A model generated the notes under the pieces. That model saw nothing but the letters and a program-made list of their open reading frames with translations, made no database searches and was not told the origin of the DNA. Positions 45,647 to 60,158 of a stretch of DNA of 64,000 nucleotides are shown here, piece after piece. Each line of letters begins with the position of its first letter. Position 1 is the stretch's first letter. The stretch comes from Eledone cirrhosa. Taxonomy: Eukaryota. The stretch lies in contig OZ024747.1 in NCBI GenBank assembly GCA_964016885.1, positions 17,050,001 to 17,114,000 of the forward strand, given 5' to 3'. The position numbers were made by a program, and so were the translations under genes.

Positions 45647-46254
45647 TGTGTATATATATATATATTTATATATATATTCGTGTATGTGAGTGTCTTTGGC
45701 AGATTGCAATTATGAGCGCGAGAGAAGTTGAACACTTCAAGAAACTGCTACTGGATATTGATATATTAGATGAAGCATTAATTATTCAAAGATAAGAAAG
45801 CTAGCAGATTATAAAAATAAATATGAGATGAACTTCCTTGTACAATATGTGAACAAGAGCCACTAGACTTCAATAGATAATATTTAATTGCATCATTTGG
45901 ACATTCCTCATCGCATATTCATATCATTTCATAATGCCAACATTTTAAGAATATTTATGTCGATGAAATTTTCATAAGCATGTTAAACCTAGTTGTTGTT
46001 TCTGACAAGTTTTTATTTGCTTCAACAATGTAATAGTTTGTTCGTGTTCCTAAACTGCACTTACTTCAGGATTCCAGTCATGTGAGGTTCTCAAAGCGAT
46101 ATAGCATGTGACAATCTATGACTTATGAGGTAAATTTCTATTTGTTGTTAGCAGGATATTATGGAAAAATTTCAAATATCTTACATGCATATTACATGTA
46201 TATATAATGAGCGTGTGGTTGGATAGGTGTTGCTGCATATATATATATATATAT

Positions 46255-46438
46255 AACAAAGGAATTGTGGTAAGGAACCAGATGGACTATAACGTACCAG
46301 ATTACTCAATACTTAGGGTAGTAGGGTGGGAAATAGGAAAAAGTATGGCCCCGACGGCAGAGCTCAAGCCGTTTCGACGAGTCCAGATATAGCCGTCGAA
46401 ATGGATTGAGCTCTGCTGTCAGGGTTATACTTTTTCTA
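46255..46438 (-). mobile_element. Family A fold-back element
   Basis: Same tail and GAAA/stem III arms; flanked by TA. Confidence 0.8.
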
Positions 46439-46562
46439 TATAATATATATATATATATATATACATATGTATATATATATACGTATAATGTATATATATA
46501 TATATAATATATATATTACTTTAAAATATTAATAAATATAGACATTCACGTTTTATCAAATA

Positions 46563-46629
46563 TATTTTATTATACATATTTCAGTGGTACTGAGCTATTT
46601 CAACAGTACGTCCTCATCAGATGAAATAA
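46563..46629 (-). ncRNA. Family C hammerhead, degenerate (element ~46520-46680)
   Basis: tatttcat CTGATGA ggacgtactg..cagtaccact GAAA tatgta TA ataaaata; homologous to 19861-19983. Confidence 0.6.
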
Positions 46630-46683
46630 GTTGATGCCTGACATACCTTGACTCTGTTGATGGTTATAATTCAGTCCTATATG

Positions 46684-46779
<96 letters not shown>

Positions 46780-46942
46780 TATATATACATATATGACTGA
46801 ATTATAACCATAGGTAATCCAGTTAGAGGTTGTCAATACTGTGTTCAGCAATTTTTAGACAAGTTAATCAGTGAAACAATTGTTAGACTGTAAATAAAAC
46901 CCTTTTTTGTACTGTTGACCAATGTTATTCTTCACTCTTTCA

Positions 46943-46974
<32 letters not shown>

Positions 46975-47035
46975 ACATACACACAAACATATATATATAT
47001 AATTATATATATATGTATATATACATACATACATG

Positions 47036-47630
47036 GTGGCTGCCAACTCGTTTTCGAGTACGGCCACTACTTTATATCCATGTAGGAGAACCCCTACCGA
47101 TGCGCTGAACGAGTGTGAACTTTTTAGTCCAGCCAGCGACTTGAAAACTCTGGTACAAACACTACACTTGTGACAATTATTGACACATAGTGCTGGGCCC
47201 ATGGTACCATGTGACAACAAGTGCGAGAGATCTCCAGATATAAAGCAATGCCTGTGCCGTGAAGCTTTTATAGTGAGCAAAGGCACTGCACAAAGCCAGT
47301 CCCACTCTCTTAACAAATATGATATTTACCAAAAAGAAGAACAAGTCAACCTCATTGGATATCATCAGGGTTGCAGGTGTTATATCAGAGTTTTCCTTCT
47401 CCTAGAATTCTGCCTTGACAAAGGCTAAGGGGTCATCACTCCCGGTGATTTTGGATGGCCATTGACTCTTAAGAGCTCCTTTGCCCTTTGACAGGTTTTG
47501 TTTTTAGTCCTGCAGGATGTCCAAAGTCACCCTCCTCACCAAGAAACCTTGGTGGGGTTGCCAGTTTAGTCGCCAACGACCCGACCATGAGACAGGTTGT
47601 ACTGGGATACATGTTACCAGTAGCACCAAC
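47036..47630 (-). mobile_element. Non-autonomous bipartite RTE element (5' UTR fused to 3' end) in a (TATG)n tract
   Basis: Minus 47630-47330 contains RTE-5'UTR-like ctaggagaaggaaaactctga. Minus 47316-47036 encodes the C2H2-like CSVCTRVFKSLAGLKS.H, then an atgt tail. Confidence 0.6.
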
Positions 47631-47715
47631 ATACATACATATATGTATATATACATACAAATATATATTTATATGTATATACATATATATATGTGTCTTG
47701 CGTGAGAGTGTGTGT

Positions 47716-47791
<76 letters not shown>

Positions 47792-48078
47792 GTGTGTGTA
47801 ACTAAGACCGTCAATATATAATTGACTAAGGTCCGAAAACTGGATGGTTATGAATAGATATGTATAGAATCTAATACTATACATATTTAATAAATCTATA
47901 TTAACCCCCACTAAGAAAAAAAATATATCTTTCAGTTACACACCCACCCACACTCCTATCTCACATATCCATACACTCAATATATATTTGCATATATACA
48001 AATATATATATATATATATCCATGCCAGTATAAATATATACACATACACATATATACGCATGTTTATATATGTTATAT

Positions 48079-48259
48079 ATTGGCAGTATCGGTAGAGGGT
48101 TGGACGCCATGCTTTTTAGCATAGTTACGTCCCTTTACATTCTGAGTTCAAATCCCGCCGAGGTAAACTTTGCCTTTCATCCTTACGGGGTCGATAAAAT
48201 AAATTACCAGTAATGCACTGGGTAATTGGTGGCCTTGTGCCTAAAGTAGAAACAGTTAT
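48079..48259 (+). mobile_element. SINE family S
   Basis: Consensus match. Confidence 0.92.
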
Positions 48260-50769
48260 ATATATTTATACATATATATAGATTCATATGTATAAATATA
48301 TGTACACATATGTATAGATATGCATGAATATATAAACACAAATATGTATTTATGTATGTACGTATATATATATACATACATATATATATACATACATATA
48401 TACATATATACATATGTATAAATATATATAGACATATATAAACATATATATATATATATATATAGACATATATATACACATGCATAATCATATATATATA
48501 TATACATATAATGTTTCTAAATATATATATAGAATCGGATGTGTTGTTCATGCGGCAGCTATTGAAGTAGATGATGGAGAAATAGTGTTTCATTGATAGC
48601 ATGCATGTAATTCTTATACCTTCATGCTTTAATTTAGTTATCTTGATAATCCATTTACCGAGAAGGAAGCGCTTTCTTTGGCAGCCTTGATGCATACAAC
48701 ATATCAAATTTTGTACAGTAGGATGCTGGCCAATTTCTCTATGAGAGTGATGTAGCTGATTGAATTCATATGAAGATATTACTGGTAGATTTTATCAACA
48801 CACTATACAAGAAGTTCAAATAATTGCGCAATCATTTTAACAAGAATTGTTAGATCCTATTGGTATTCATCATGCGTAAATGCGTCAAACATATTTATAT
48901 TATATATATTTTTTGCGGGATTTACAAAATCGTGAAACATATTCATTTAGGAGATGTTGTAATTCTATCATTTGAGTTTGCAAACACACACACACACACA
49001 CTCACTACTCGCACACACACGCTCATGAACACACACAGACACACACACACACAAACACACACAAATACACACACACATGCTCGCACACACACATACACAC
49101 ACACACATATATAGTCGCACGCACACACACATACAAATACACGCTCACGCACAAAGGGATGTTTGTATTTAGCGAAAATGCCCGTAGATGGTAACAGGAA
49201 AATAATTATGTATATAATGAAAAAGAGCGCATATATTGATTCCCACAAGTTCCATGGCGTAAGCAAATTGTGCATGACAGTGCAGAATGCAAAATGCAGA
49301 TTTACGCATCATGTCTTTCGTCGTTTGGAAAGTGGACATACCCCGAAAAATATGTCAATCAATATTCAAAGAGAGGATGTATAATATTATTACAAACAAT
49401 CTAACACATGTACACACATGTACAACACATCACATGTACAACACATCACAACATACCGTATAATTAGCTTTTTTAAGAACACAATAGAGGCGCCTCACTT
49501 TGGTTATTGATTGACATATTTTTTCAGGTTACAGCCCATTATTAAAAGTGATACCAAGTAGATATCATATTCAGAGGCATTGTCTTGACACTCGATAATA
49601 GTTACAGATCATGAGTCTTACTTTTCGTATTCAGCACCATCGTGAACAATCAGCGTATGCTTTCTGCACATAAGCTATGAAACCTAAGGTAGCGTAATGG
49701 ATTTTATGTGTATGAGTCAATATATATATATATATATGAATATATGTATACTTATATGTACATATCTCTGTATATACACATACATAAGCAGTCACATACA
49801 CATTTTTGTCGACTCGTTTATGTAAGATTAAGAGTTAGATAAGATTTATATATTCATTGAAAGAATAACATCAAATATAATTATTCACTGGTTTTTACAA
49901 GACGGATATCAGCCATCATGTTAGATCCTGGCTCTACATTATAAATGAAACAATTTAAGCGAACATAATGGAATCCATCCTTAAAGCAATCTACTACCAG
50001 ATAAGTGGAAACGGATGTGTACAAATGTTATCCACCGGAATATGGGAAACACTGTTTTCTTTTATTTTAATTCTTTTTATTTTGATTGTTTGGCACCGTG
50101 TTGATCATACCTGTAATGAATATCAGCTCAGGTATGGTTATTACGTTGTTTGTATAATTTGTCTAGAAATACATTAATTCCATATGCCCGTTTTCTGATT
50201 TAAGATGCAAGGGTGTTGTTGGAATTAAATTTTACCTGTTTTGGGGTTTTTAAGATGCAAGGGAATGTTGGAATTAAATTTTACCTGTTTTTTTTTGGGG
50301 GGGGGGGGGTTCTACAAGATCTCGCCTCAATGTAGCGGCTTCCTATGCGTTTAACACATGTATCAAAGTAATATATCTCATCCCGATGACTTCAATTGGT
50401 TATCTTCCAGATATCAAAAGAATGATTATTTTTTTACAAATATTACATATATATATTAATATGTATTCTTTGTGATTTGTAGGAAATGATTGTTGTGCGT
50501 CAACTGAATTTCGATAACCTGACATATGTTTGTGTATTTTATAACTTGCAATTCATTTGTGAGCTATATAGTGTGCTGGTCAGTTTGATGACTGAACATT
50601 CTTTGTTCAGGTCACGTTTTTTATGCCCTTCCCATAATATATGGCTGAGAAGTACGTCCTCCAAAAGAGCTGTTCAGACGCTCAAGATTCCGCCAAAGCA
50701 TGCAGCTGTTCAGGTTAACAGTATAGCTACGTTAGAATAAACGAACTACCCATTAATAGATTTGTGATT

Positions 50770-51225
50770 ATGTGCTTCTAACCGGTCGAGTCTGCACACG
50801 TTGCCCCTCCTCCACCGCTGTGGGACTTATGAAGAAATATCTACATATAAAGATGGCAATGATGTGCGCTTGTGCTCCACGCATAGCACCTACTCCATCT
50901 CCACAGCTCTGTGTCCAGTGACAAACCAAGGTAAAGGTCGCATGTGTTACTGTGATGGAGTTTAATCTCGTCAAGGGGTGTAGCCTTATTCACTACTCTT
51001 GGCAAATTGCTGGTTGGTGTTGTTATTTAACCCAGTGTTGGGATGGATTGCCGTTGGTTTTGTGGAGTCCATCCACCCTTTGACAGCCCTTTATGGTGTG
51101 CTCCTGAGTCTGCACTTACCCTTCTCACCAGTCCAGAGTTTGGTGAGGTAGCGGATCTAGTTGTCGACCATCCGACTATGAGACCGGTTGCACTGGGCTA
51201 CATGTTACTGGTAACAAGCAAATAC
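50770..51225 (-). mobile_element. RTE-like 5' UTR remnant related to 47480-47630
   Basis: ccctttgacag..ctcacca..ccgactatgagaccggttgcactgggctacatgttactggta is shared with the 47-kb element; left boundary uncertain. Confidence 0.55.
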
Positions 51226-51232
51226 CTGACTT

Positions 51233-51265
<33 letters not shown>

Positions 51266-51270
<5 letters not shown>

Positions 51271-51333
51271 TTATTATTATTATTACTATTATTATTATTA
51301 TTATCACCACTACTACTACAACTACTACTACTG

Positions 51334-51404
<71 letters not shown>
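51266..51404. repeat. (ATT)n/(ACT)n microsatellite
   Basis: Direct reading. Confidence 0.95.
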
Positions 51405-51505
51405 GTTGAATCCAAAGGGTAAACACTTTAAAGAACATCTAAATAAATATCTGAGATATAATTCATTTGTTCACATTCACAACAAAGTAACATAATAATT
51501 CTATT

Positions 51506-52157
51506 AGTCATCTAGTTGATTATTCACTCGTTATGCTTTCCAATATCAACCAAAATATTTCAATATTGTCAATAAAGCCTAATTATATACATATGTCTTC
51601 TCTGCGATTCATATTTACAGTAATACAAATGTAGAAATTGAGATAACTAAAATGTAGACATTGAGATAAGCTAAATTGAAGTAATAGTAATTTTTAAAAA
51701 AATTTGAAGTACATCGAAATTTGGTTGTAAAATGAATTATCTAAGTTAAGTAACACAAGAAAACCAATGATAGAATAACGTTTGATAAGATTATCAGAAA
51801 TATATCGAAGCAAAATATTGATTTTTTGTTATGAGGCAGACAGAGTCATGCATGCTTGTGTCTTGTAAGTTGTCATGAAAGCATTTAGTTGAATATACTT
51901 TGGCATCATGAAAATAAGAGTCGTAAAGTTTGTTCTCAAGAATAATTTTCACAATTACAAAAGATGAACTAGGAGCAAACCATTAATTTTGTCATATAAT
52001 GTGCAATATACTTAAACGTTCGAAAAAATCTCAATGAGACGATGTTTGTGTCTCTGTTGGAGAGAAGACATGACTATATCATTATGCCTTATTGGCAATA
52101 TTGAAATATTTTGGTTGATATTGGAAAGGTAACGAGTGAATAATCGGCTAGATGGCT
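51506..52157. mobile_element. Putative MITE with ~75-bp terminal inverted repeats
   Basis: catctagttgattattcactcgtta..ctttccaatatcaaccaaaatatttcaatattg (51509-51583) is inverted at 52081-52154; non-coding interior. Confidence 0.65.
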
Positions 52158-52923
52158 GTTGAAAAAGAGCAAAACCGAGGCTCGTACAAACATCTTTTCC
52201 TAATTATGCTAATTCTACTGTCAGAAATACTTTTTAATCGTTTCTTACTTGCAAAATTATTCATCTATTTACCAGAGTCAGCTTCTGAAAAGAATACCTC
52301 ATTGATGTGGTCTTCTAGGATCAAAGCATGTCCGTGGCTGACACCAAGAAACGCAGATACAAACAGTCACACCTAAGCATGGAAATAAAATATTCTTACA
52401 AATTAATTCTCATTCTTTGAAATTATATATTATTATATTTATAAACGGCTAATATGTTATAAGATTTTTCCAGCCGTGAAATAAATCCAAAATCATTGAA
52501 AAGTTTTCTGTAAATGACATTCATTACATCAGCACTAATAAGATTAAACCAACTTAGAAGTGAAATATGTAATATGTTGCATACGTAGCTGTGCTATAGA
52601 AACCATATCTATTGTTGCATGCACAACTCTATAGTGAATATCACACAATGATTAAAAGGGGATTACGCTCAGATAGTTTCACTGGAGCTGAGACAGTGAG
52701 TCTCGACTACTTAGAGTCATTCAGGCTGCCGGAAATAACCAATTAGAAGAAGAACGAGAATTCTACAGTAAGGAATGTTTGATCACTAAATGTCTACTTA
52801 ACATCATAAAAGGAATCTTCATTTATATTCTGTTACATGTATTCAAGTATAAATCTATACGCGTATTATGTTGGGTGCTTGCACCCGCATGGGTATATAT
52901 ATATATGTGCATGAACACACACA

Positions 52924-52978
<55 letters not shown>

Positions 52979-53129
52979 ATGTGTGTGCATGTGTGCGCGC
53001 ACACGTGTGTGTGTGTGTGTGTGTGTGTGTATGGACATATGTTTGTATATATATGCATTTGTATAAATATTTAAATACACACGCATATATATATATACGT
53101 CCATACACACGCACATATATATAGATATT

Positions 53130-53165
<36 letters not shown>

Positions 53166-53404
53166 CGTATGTGTGTGTGTGTGTATTCATAGCATTTAAA
53201 TTAGCCATGTTGGATAACATTTAGTCATGAAATATTTTACATTTAAATTTTATTTTTAAAGGTTCAACGATAGAATCTAATATTGTTAGAGTAAGCCACC
53301 TAAACTACCTGTGAAATAATGGTTTCTAGTATAAGCACAAAGCCAGTAATTTGAGGTGAGGGTAACGTATATTAAATCGACCCCAGTACGTTACTACCTG
53401 TAAA

Positions 53405-53593
53405 ATAATTGCTTCTACTTTTGAAACAAGCCCAGCAATTATCCCAGGGCATTACTGGTACTTTATTTTATCGACTCCGTAAGGATGAAAGGCAAAGTTA
53501 ACCTCGGCGGGATTTAAACTCAGACCGCAAAGGGACGTAACTATGCTGCAAGGCATATTATTGGACGTTCTACCGATGTTGCCAATCTACCGC
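53405..53593 (-). mobile_element. SINE family S (preceded by an older SINE 3' fragment at ~53316-53390)
   Basis: Reverse-complement consensus match. Confidence 0.88.
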
Positions 53594-56348
53594 GGAATAT
53601 CAGTGTTCTTTAACTCCTTAATATACTTATGTCTGTAATCAATTTAACATTCTTATTAATCACTCTAGTCAGTGTATGCTGCAATCATTGGAATATACGT
53701 GCTCATAAATATATTTAAAATAATCAATATTTAACTCTTCAAATGCAGGGAGATTTATAACAGTTCAAAGCTGTAAGTGGATCAATGAAAAATATAACAT
53801 ATTGATGTTTAAATGAAGTGCAAGACGACGAAAAACATTACTCAATCCATCACACAATTATATATGATCTGCCTGATTCTACATCTAAAGTCAAATACAT
53901 AACACTGTTTATAATAAAAGTATTTTACAACTTATATTACTGACACATACAGAGTATTCTTATGCCATATGCGATTCTATACACTCTTTTAACTTCTAGT
54001 TATTAGTGGGTGGGCGTGAAAAATAGTTTATTTGATAATAATTGATTTATTTGAAAATAATTCACTAATTTTATACAGTTCTGTAATTGTATAGCAATTA
54101 TGTTTCTTCTTTTAATATCACTAACACGCATAGACATATATATATATATACATATAGATATATATGCGTGTGTGTCTTTCTATTTCTCTGCCTCTGTTGT
54201 GTGTGAGAGAGAGAGTCCAATAATTTTGTCAGTATTATTAGCCAATATCAAATAAAAATCTGTGTTATTGAACAGTTCACTATCTAACACAGTGTAGAGT
54301 ATAGTCTAATCAGATACATGATTCGGACGCCTACACATTTGTACTAAATTAACTAGAAAGCAATACATCACTGTAAAATGAATAACTGATTTCTTCTTTT
54401 ATACCGGATTAAAATGTGTGTATATTTTTAAATATTTCTTCAGAGTAAAAATCAATTCATCATATACCCAAACTTTGTGTGAGATTGTACTCCCATTCTT
54501 TAGTAGGTGAACGCGAGAATAATTCTAAGAACATGGTGATTTTTTAACGGGTTAAACTCAAAAGGAAATTTTGATACATTATCATTAAATCTGCAAAACG
54601 TTAGCAGGATTTCTATATTTTGTTTAAAATGTTCATTACTTTTCTTCCACCTTCCTTATTCATTATATTTACTAGGCAATTATATAGGTCACTTAGAAGA
54701 AAGAGTAACTATCTCCGTTTTCATTTTCGCTATAGAAAGCTGACATATCCTTGCTGAAGCAGATATATATGAATTAACTTATGGGTTATCAATTGGAAGC
54801 ATCGTTATATAAGACGGAATTCAATTCAGAAACAAGACCCTATGGTTGGAAATAGAAAAATCAAAAGACCTAATATAAAAGAACGAGAAGGTAATCGACA
54901 AAATAAGTTTCATAATGTATTGAGGTTGAGGAAAATCGATATTTGAACTGCATTTCGAACACACTTTCATAGATGAGCTCATTGTCAGATAATTATAACA
55001 ACCGGCCTATGCCATTCTCCCCAAATTATTGCCAATAACAGACACATCCCAGATTCACGCCTATCTGCATCTAATAATGGAATGTTAATTGACTGTTTTT
55101 TTTGCTAACAATTGATATACCTTTCATGTTCGTATTTTTTACTGTCTTGTTTACGTGTAAAATTTGTTTTTCATCTTTTACGTGATATGGTTGAAATATC
55201 TTCAGACTATACTTAATTAATATGCCGACTTAATAGAAAAATATATCAGATCTATTAATAGTAAATATTGAATTGATTTAATGTATCAGTTTACAAAGTG
55301 AACTGAAAAAATAATTTTTTTTTTTGTCAGTTCCAGGATGTTTTCTTCATCACCAAATTTGATGCTGTAAATCAACAAGATGTAAAAAAAACTAATCACA
55401 TCATACATTTTTTTCAGAACATCAAAACGAATATTAATTTTCGATATTTTAATGTCTAACAAGATTCGTTTTAGTAACTCTGTCTCTTAATAGCTAGAGC
55501 GTTTTCCTGATAAAAGAAATACTATATCAAAGTAAGGTTACGATATAGAACATTATGCGTAGAACATCACGAAAAGGTGAACGGCTAGGAACTATAATCA
55601 TTAACGTGCTGTAAACCGTTTTCAAACGTTTCCTTTACCGCTTGTATTTCCAATTCTTGCTCATAGTCAATATACCAGACTGTACTCTAATCGATGTACT
55701 AACGATAACCTTCTTAAAAAGGTTGTCCTTTCTGTCATGAGGTTCGCATTCACTATAATGATTCCTCTAAATATTTTTTCCATGTATATAATTTGTTAAT
55801 TCTTGTGAAGAAATTATCGGTCTAAGTTTCCCGTTACAAAGGTAAGTATACCATTTTCAATGTCGTTCCTATAATACTAGGTGTATATATTTGGAAAATT
55901 CCAAAGCTATTGCCTCACTTAGAAATTCCAATTAACTGTTCCATTTAAGAAATAAATTATTGAACGATCCAATTTCTTTCCATCAGGTAAACAATTCGTT
56001 TCATTTTTATCGCATGGTGTCATCTAATAGCTCTCCCAGTCTACCTATTTCCAAAATAAATTACAGAGTGATAACGGACGAAATATGCCTGTTGATGACA
56101 TTGCAGCTTTGACTCCAGTGCCTATTATAGAATAAATAAGTCTAGTTTGATACAGATTCCAGCCAGGATAATAATTGTTTCTATATTAGGAACAAGGCCG
56201 ACAATTTGAAGGGGAGGGAAATGTCGATTAAATCGACCCCAGTACTTAGTGGTGCTTTATTTTAATGAGGTCGATTTAATCGACTTTCCCCTCCCCTTTG
56301 CATTGTTGGCCTTCGGCCTAAAGTAGAAACGATTATTAATAAAAACAA

Positions 56349-56531
56349 ATAATTGTTTCTACTTTAGGCACAAGGCCAGCAATTACCCAGTGCATTACTA
56401 GTACTTTATTTTATCGACCCCGTAAGGATGAAAGGCAAAGTCAACCTCGGCGGGATTTGAACTCATATCGTAAGGGGACATAACTATGCTGGAAAGCATG
56501 GCGTCCGACCCTCTACCGATACTGCCAATCC
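56349..56531 (-). mobile_element. SINE family S with 12-bp TSD
   Basis: aaaacaaataat at 56342-56353 and 56532-56543. Confidence 0.93.
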
Positions 56532-58727
56532 AAAACAAATAATCTTAAATATTAATAGTGACAAAAGCACCAGTGTATGTTAGATAGTATATATAGATAT
56601 AGTATATTTTTGTAGATGAAATATAACTGTGTGATGAATATATTCATTTCAGAAAACTAAGTTATACTCATTGTTTGTGTATTAATTGCATTCATGACGG
56701 TACAAACTATACTATAGACGGGAAATAAATAGAGAATCAAATATTTGAAAGGCTGGTATGCACTGACAGGGATGTGTCAAGAGCATAAATCATACTTCTG
56801 GAAGTTGAGATGATAAATATGTTTACAAGTAAAGTTTGTTTACTTTGCTCTTATCTGAAAGACAACAGTGTAAGTCGTCTACGTATAGAAGTGATCTTAT
56901 AATGACAAATACACCCTTTAAGTTTTCACCAGCAACGGATCAACTAAACACTATGAATGTAATCTTTTAGAGATTAGTTCTTAATTGATAAGTATCTAAA
57001 TAGCTTTAGGAAGTGGAAACTTCTCCGAATAAAAACTATGTATCGTAATATATGCATACAAAACATAAATGTATAGAGAAACCCGATTACTCCCTCGTTT
57101 CTCTTATACATATTTTAATCCGATAAGATTTCTAGAATAGTTGACACTATAACAATACTAACACGGAGAGTGAATTGGCAGAATCATGGATACATATGAT
57201 GAAAAGGATTATGGTATTTGCGTACTCTTCTCTTCTCTACGCACTGCTTTAAAATACCATTGAGGTAAAGTATACGTTTACTGTTCCATGGTTGATAATA
57301 TACAGTAACAGTTATATACGAAGGTTGATATAATCGAATGCGCCTAGAAATCAAATATTACTTTCCAGTATTAGAACTTAATATTTTTGGTAACAATATA
57401 TAAATATAATATATTATGCAATTGCTAAGCCTCTAAACGTAAATAAATTGTCTTAGACAGAGAAGAAAAATAATTTGCAGGTGTGTGTGTTTATATGTGA
57501 TAACGTGTGTTTCTGTGCATATTATCATACAATGATTACAGAAAATTTCTCTCAACATGCGACATTAACACACCCATTCACTAGCCGCTCCACATACAGG
57601 AAAATCACTAAATATTGAGGAAATTGTGTTTTTCGTTACTTCAAATGGACATTGTTATCGAAATAGAACTGTCTTTGAAAAGCACATTTTCTTGTAAAGA
57701 GCACATGTATGATACATGCAATAAGTATTTCTGAAAACAATTTCAGAGAGATGTATTGGACAGAGTTATATAGTATAATTAGCGATTCGTTGTCTCTATA
57801 GCGTATACTTGCTGAGTTCAGATTCCGATAGTGGACTTCGTCCTCTTTCTGCTCAGTTTTGGTGTATAAAAGATCCAAAATGTAACTCACAGGATATAAA
57901 TATGTCAATATAACAAATAAAAATGACTTGTATTAAATTAACATAGAATATATTATCATGAATTAAAATATTCGACAACGAATCGAATAATAATTCACTA
58001 TACTAATACTTGATGTGCACTCGGGAGGTTGTCTGCAAGTGTCTGTTTTATAAGGTAGAGTGAAGTGGCATGAATCCCTATGAGAAAAAATGAGAATTCA
58101 ATTCACCTACATCAGCACACTATTTTATTACGATTAAATTCATACAGACAACTTAATCTATATAAATCCAAATAGGTTGTCAACTTCAAAGAGCAATTAA
58201 CTATATCAGTGACCCTTTACTCATCAGACATTTCAAATGTCTACTTAGATAAACTACAATGCCGAAGGAAGATAATTAAATTGATACTTTCTGAGATACA
58301 AGTTCAAATGCACAGAAGTTTGAATGTTAGGTCGTACGAATAACAAAATAGTTGATTTTAAAGTCAACTTCATGTGACCTATGTTTGGCAAAGTTAACCT
58401 TATAGTTAAGCGGAACTTTTACCAATATTTTCATTACGCTACATGAAATAAATACGATAAGTATATAATTTATATGTCTATTGATTATTTCTATAGGATA
58501 ATTTAAAATGCTAATGAGTGACCAAATGTCACGTTTCATGATTAAACCATATTTTCAGTAAATAGTGAGCCATTATAATTCACATTCTACATTTTGCATC
58601 ACACTTCGATTATTCAAAATATTTACTAGCTCCTGTAGATTGTTTGAGATGGCATTACTTTAAACCGATACTGTGCTTGTGAGCTTCAGTAGCAAATATA
58701 TGCAAGTGGTCTGGTTTTGGTTTAGCT

Positions 58728-58784
58728 TGCTTTTTGTGATTTTGATTTTGTATCGTCTGTTTTAATACAGACAAAAGTATTTTC

Positions 58785-58820
<36 letters not shown>

Positions 58821-58874
58821 GAAAATACTTTTGTCTGTATTAAAACAGACGATACAAAATCAAAATCACAAAAA

Positions 58875-58877
<3 letters not shown>
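58728..58877. repeat. Perfect 150-bp palindrome centred on an (AT)15 tract
   Basis: 60-bp unique arms 58728-58787 and 58818-58877 are exact reverse complements. Confidence 0.95.
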
Positions 58878-58912
<35 letters not shown>

Positions 58913-59973
58913 TAAATACGTGTGTGCTGATCAGTGAAAATTACAGTTATTTAATGCTGTTTACGTAAATTTAAAAGAAACGTCATATTTAAATCTCTGC
59001 GAATTTATCTGAAACATCCTCTGATATGGCTTCTGAATCTTTCAATCAAGTAGTATTTGCAGCTCGACTACTTTGTCTCTATGTTAGATACATATCCATT
59101 ATGCCAATTATATTCTGATAAACAATAATCTTTTCAATAGTTCTAATATCCATTTCCAATAAAAGAATGAACAGCCTTAAGCATGGGAAGTTGTGAGATA
59201 TTTCTGAATGTGATAGCATTCAACGTAATCTTCATACCCTAACATTGGGGTTAGGCAATATTAACAGATTAAGGGCAAATGCATTACTAAATGTATTTAC
59301 TAGATTTTAATAGAAGATTTGTAATAAAAATAATATAATCTATTTGTTTCATTATTATTTAGGATTGGTCTATTTGAGTAAATGAATAGTACTTTAGCTT
59401 AATTCAAAACTTGCAATATCCTTATATGTAAATTCACTGAGGCCAAATGAGATTAATTGTCCTCAAATATGATTTTCAATGTGTTAAAATGTTCTAGAAA
59501 TCGTTATTTGAACTTTTCATAAGCAGGGAGTCTCATTTTCTTGTGGTTAGTGTGCTGTACTTACAATTATTATGTTGTTGATTCGAATCATGAAGCAGGT
59601 TATGTGGTGTGTTCTTAAGCAAAACACTTCCTTTCATGTTGCTCCAGTATTCTCAGTTAAATATGAGTACCAGAAATAACTGCGGGTTTAACCCTGCGAT
59701 GTGCTGGCAACTGTTCCAGAGAGAGGTTTTGAACTTACTGGCGCTTAACGCCACGAAAACCGGAATAGGTCCCAGCCTAATCTGCCACCGGACTCGAGAC
59801 AGACTTAAGACATATTATACTCAAATATATAGAGAAAATTGCATTTTTGAGCTTGGACTATTTTTTTCAATTTTATCTCCTTCGGCAGCTGTTATCTTAT
59901 ATCATTTTTGCTATCGAACCTATAGGCAACAATATACTTTAGATAAACAGCTCTTCATTATTAAATACAGAAT

Positions 59974-60158
59974 GGCGGTGGATTGGCAGTATCGGTAGAA
60001 GGTCGGACACCATGCTTTGCAGCATAGAGTTACGGCCTTTTAAAGTCTGAGTTCAATTCCTGCCGAAGTCAACTTTGCATTTCATCCATACGGGGTCGAT
60101 AAATTAAAGTACCAGTAATGCACTGTAAATTGCTGGCCTTGTGCCAAAAGTAGAAACA
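59974..60158 (+). mobile_element. SINE family S with 16-bp TSD (1 mismatch)
   Basis: attattaaata(c/g)agaa at 59957-59972 and 60159-60174. Confidence 0.93.

Noticed and set aside
57636-57908. 90-aa ORF in unique sequence
   Set aside because: No domain or codon evidence; length compatible with chance
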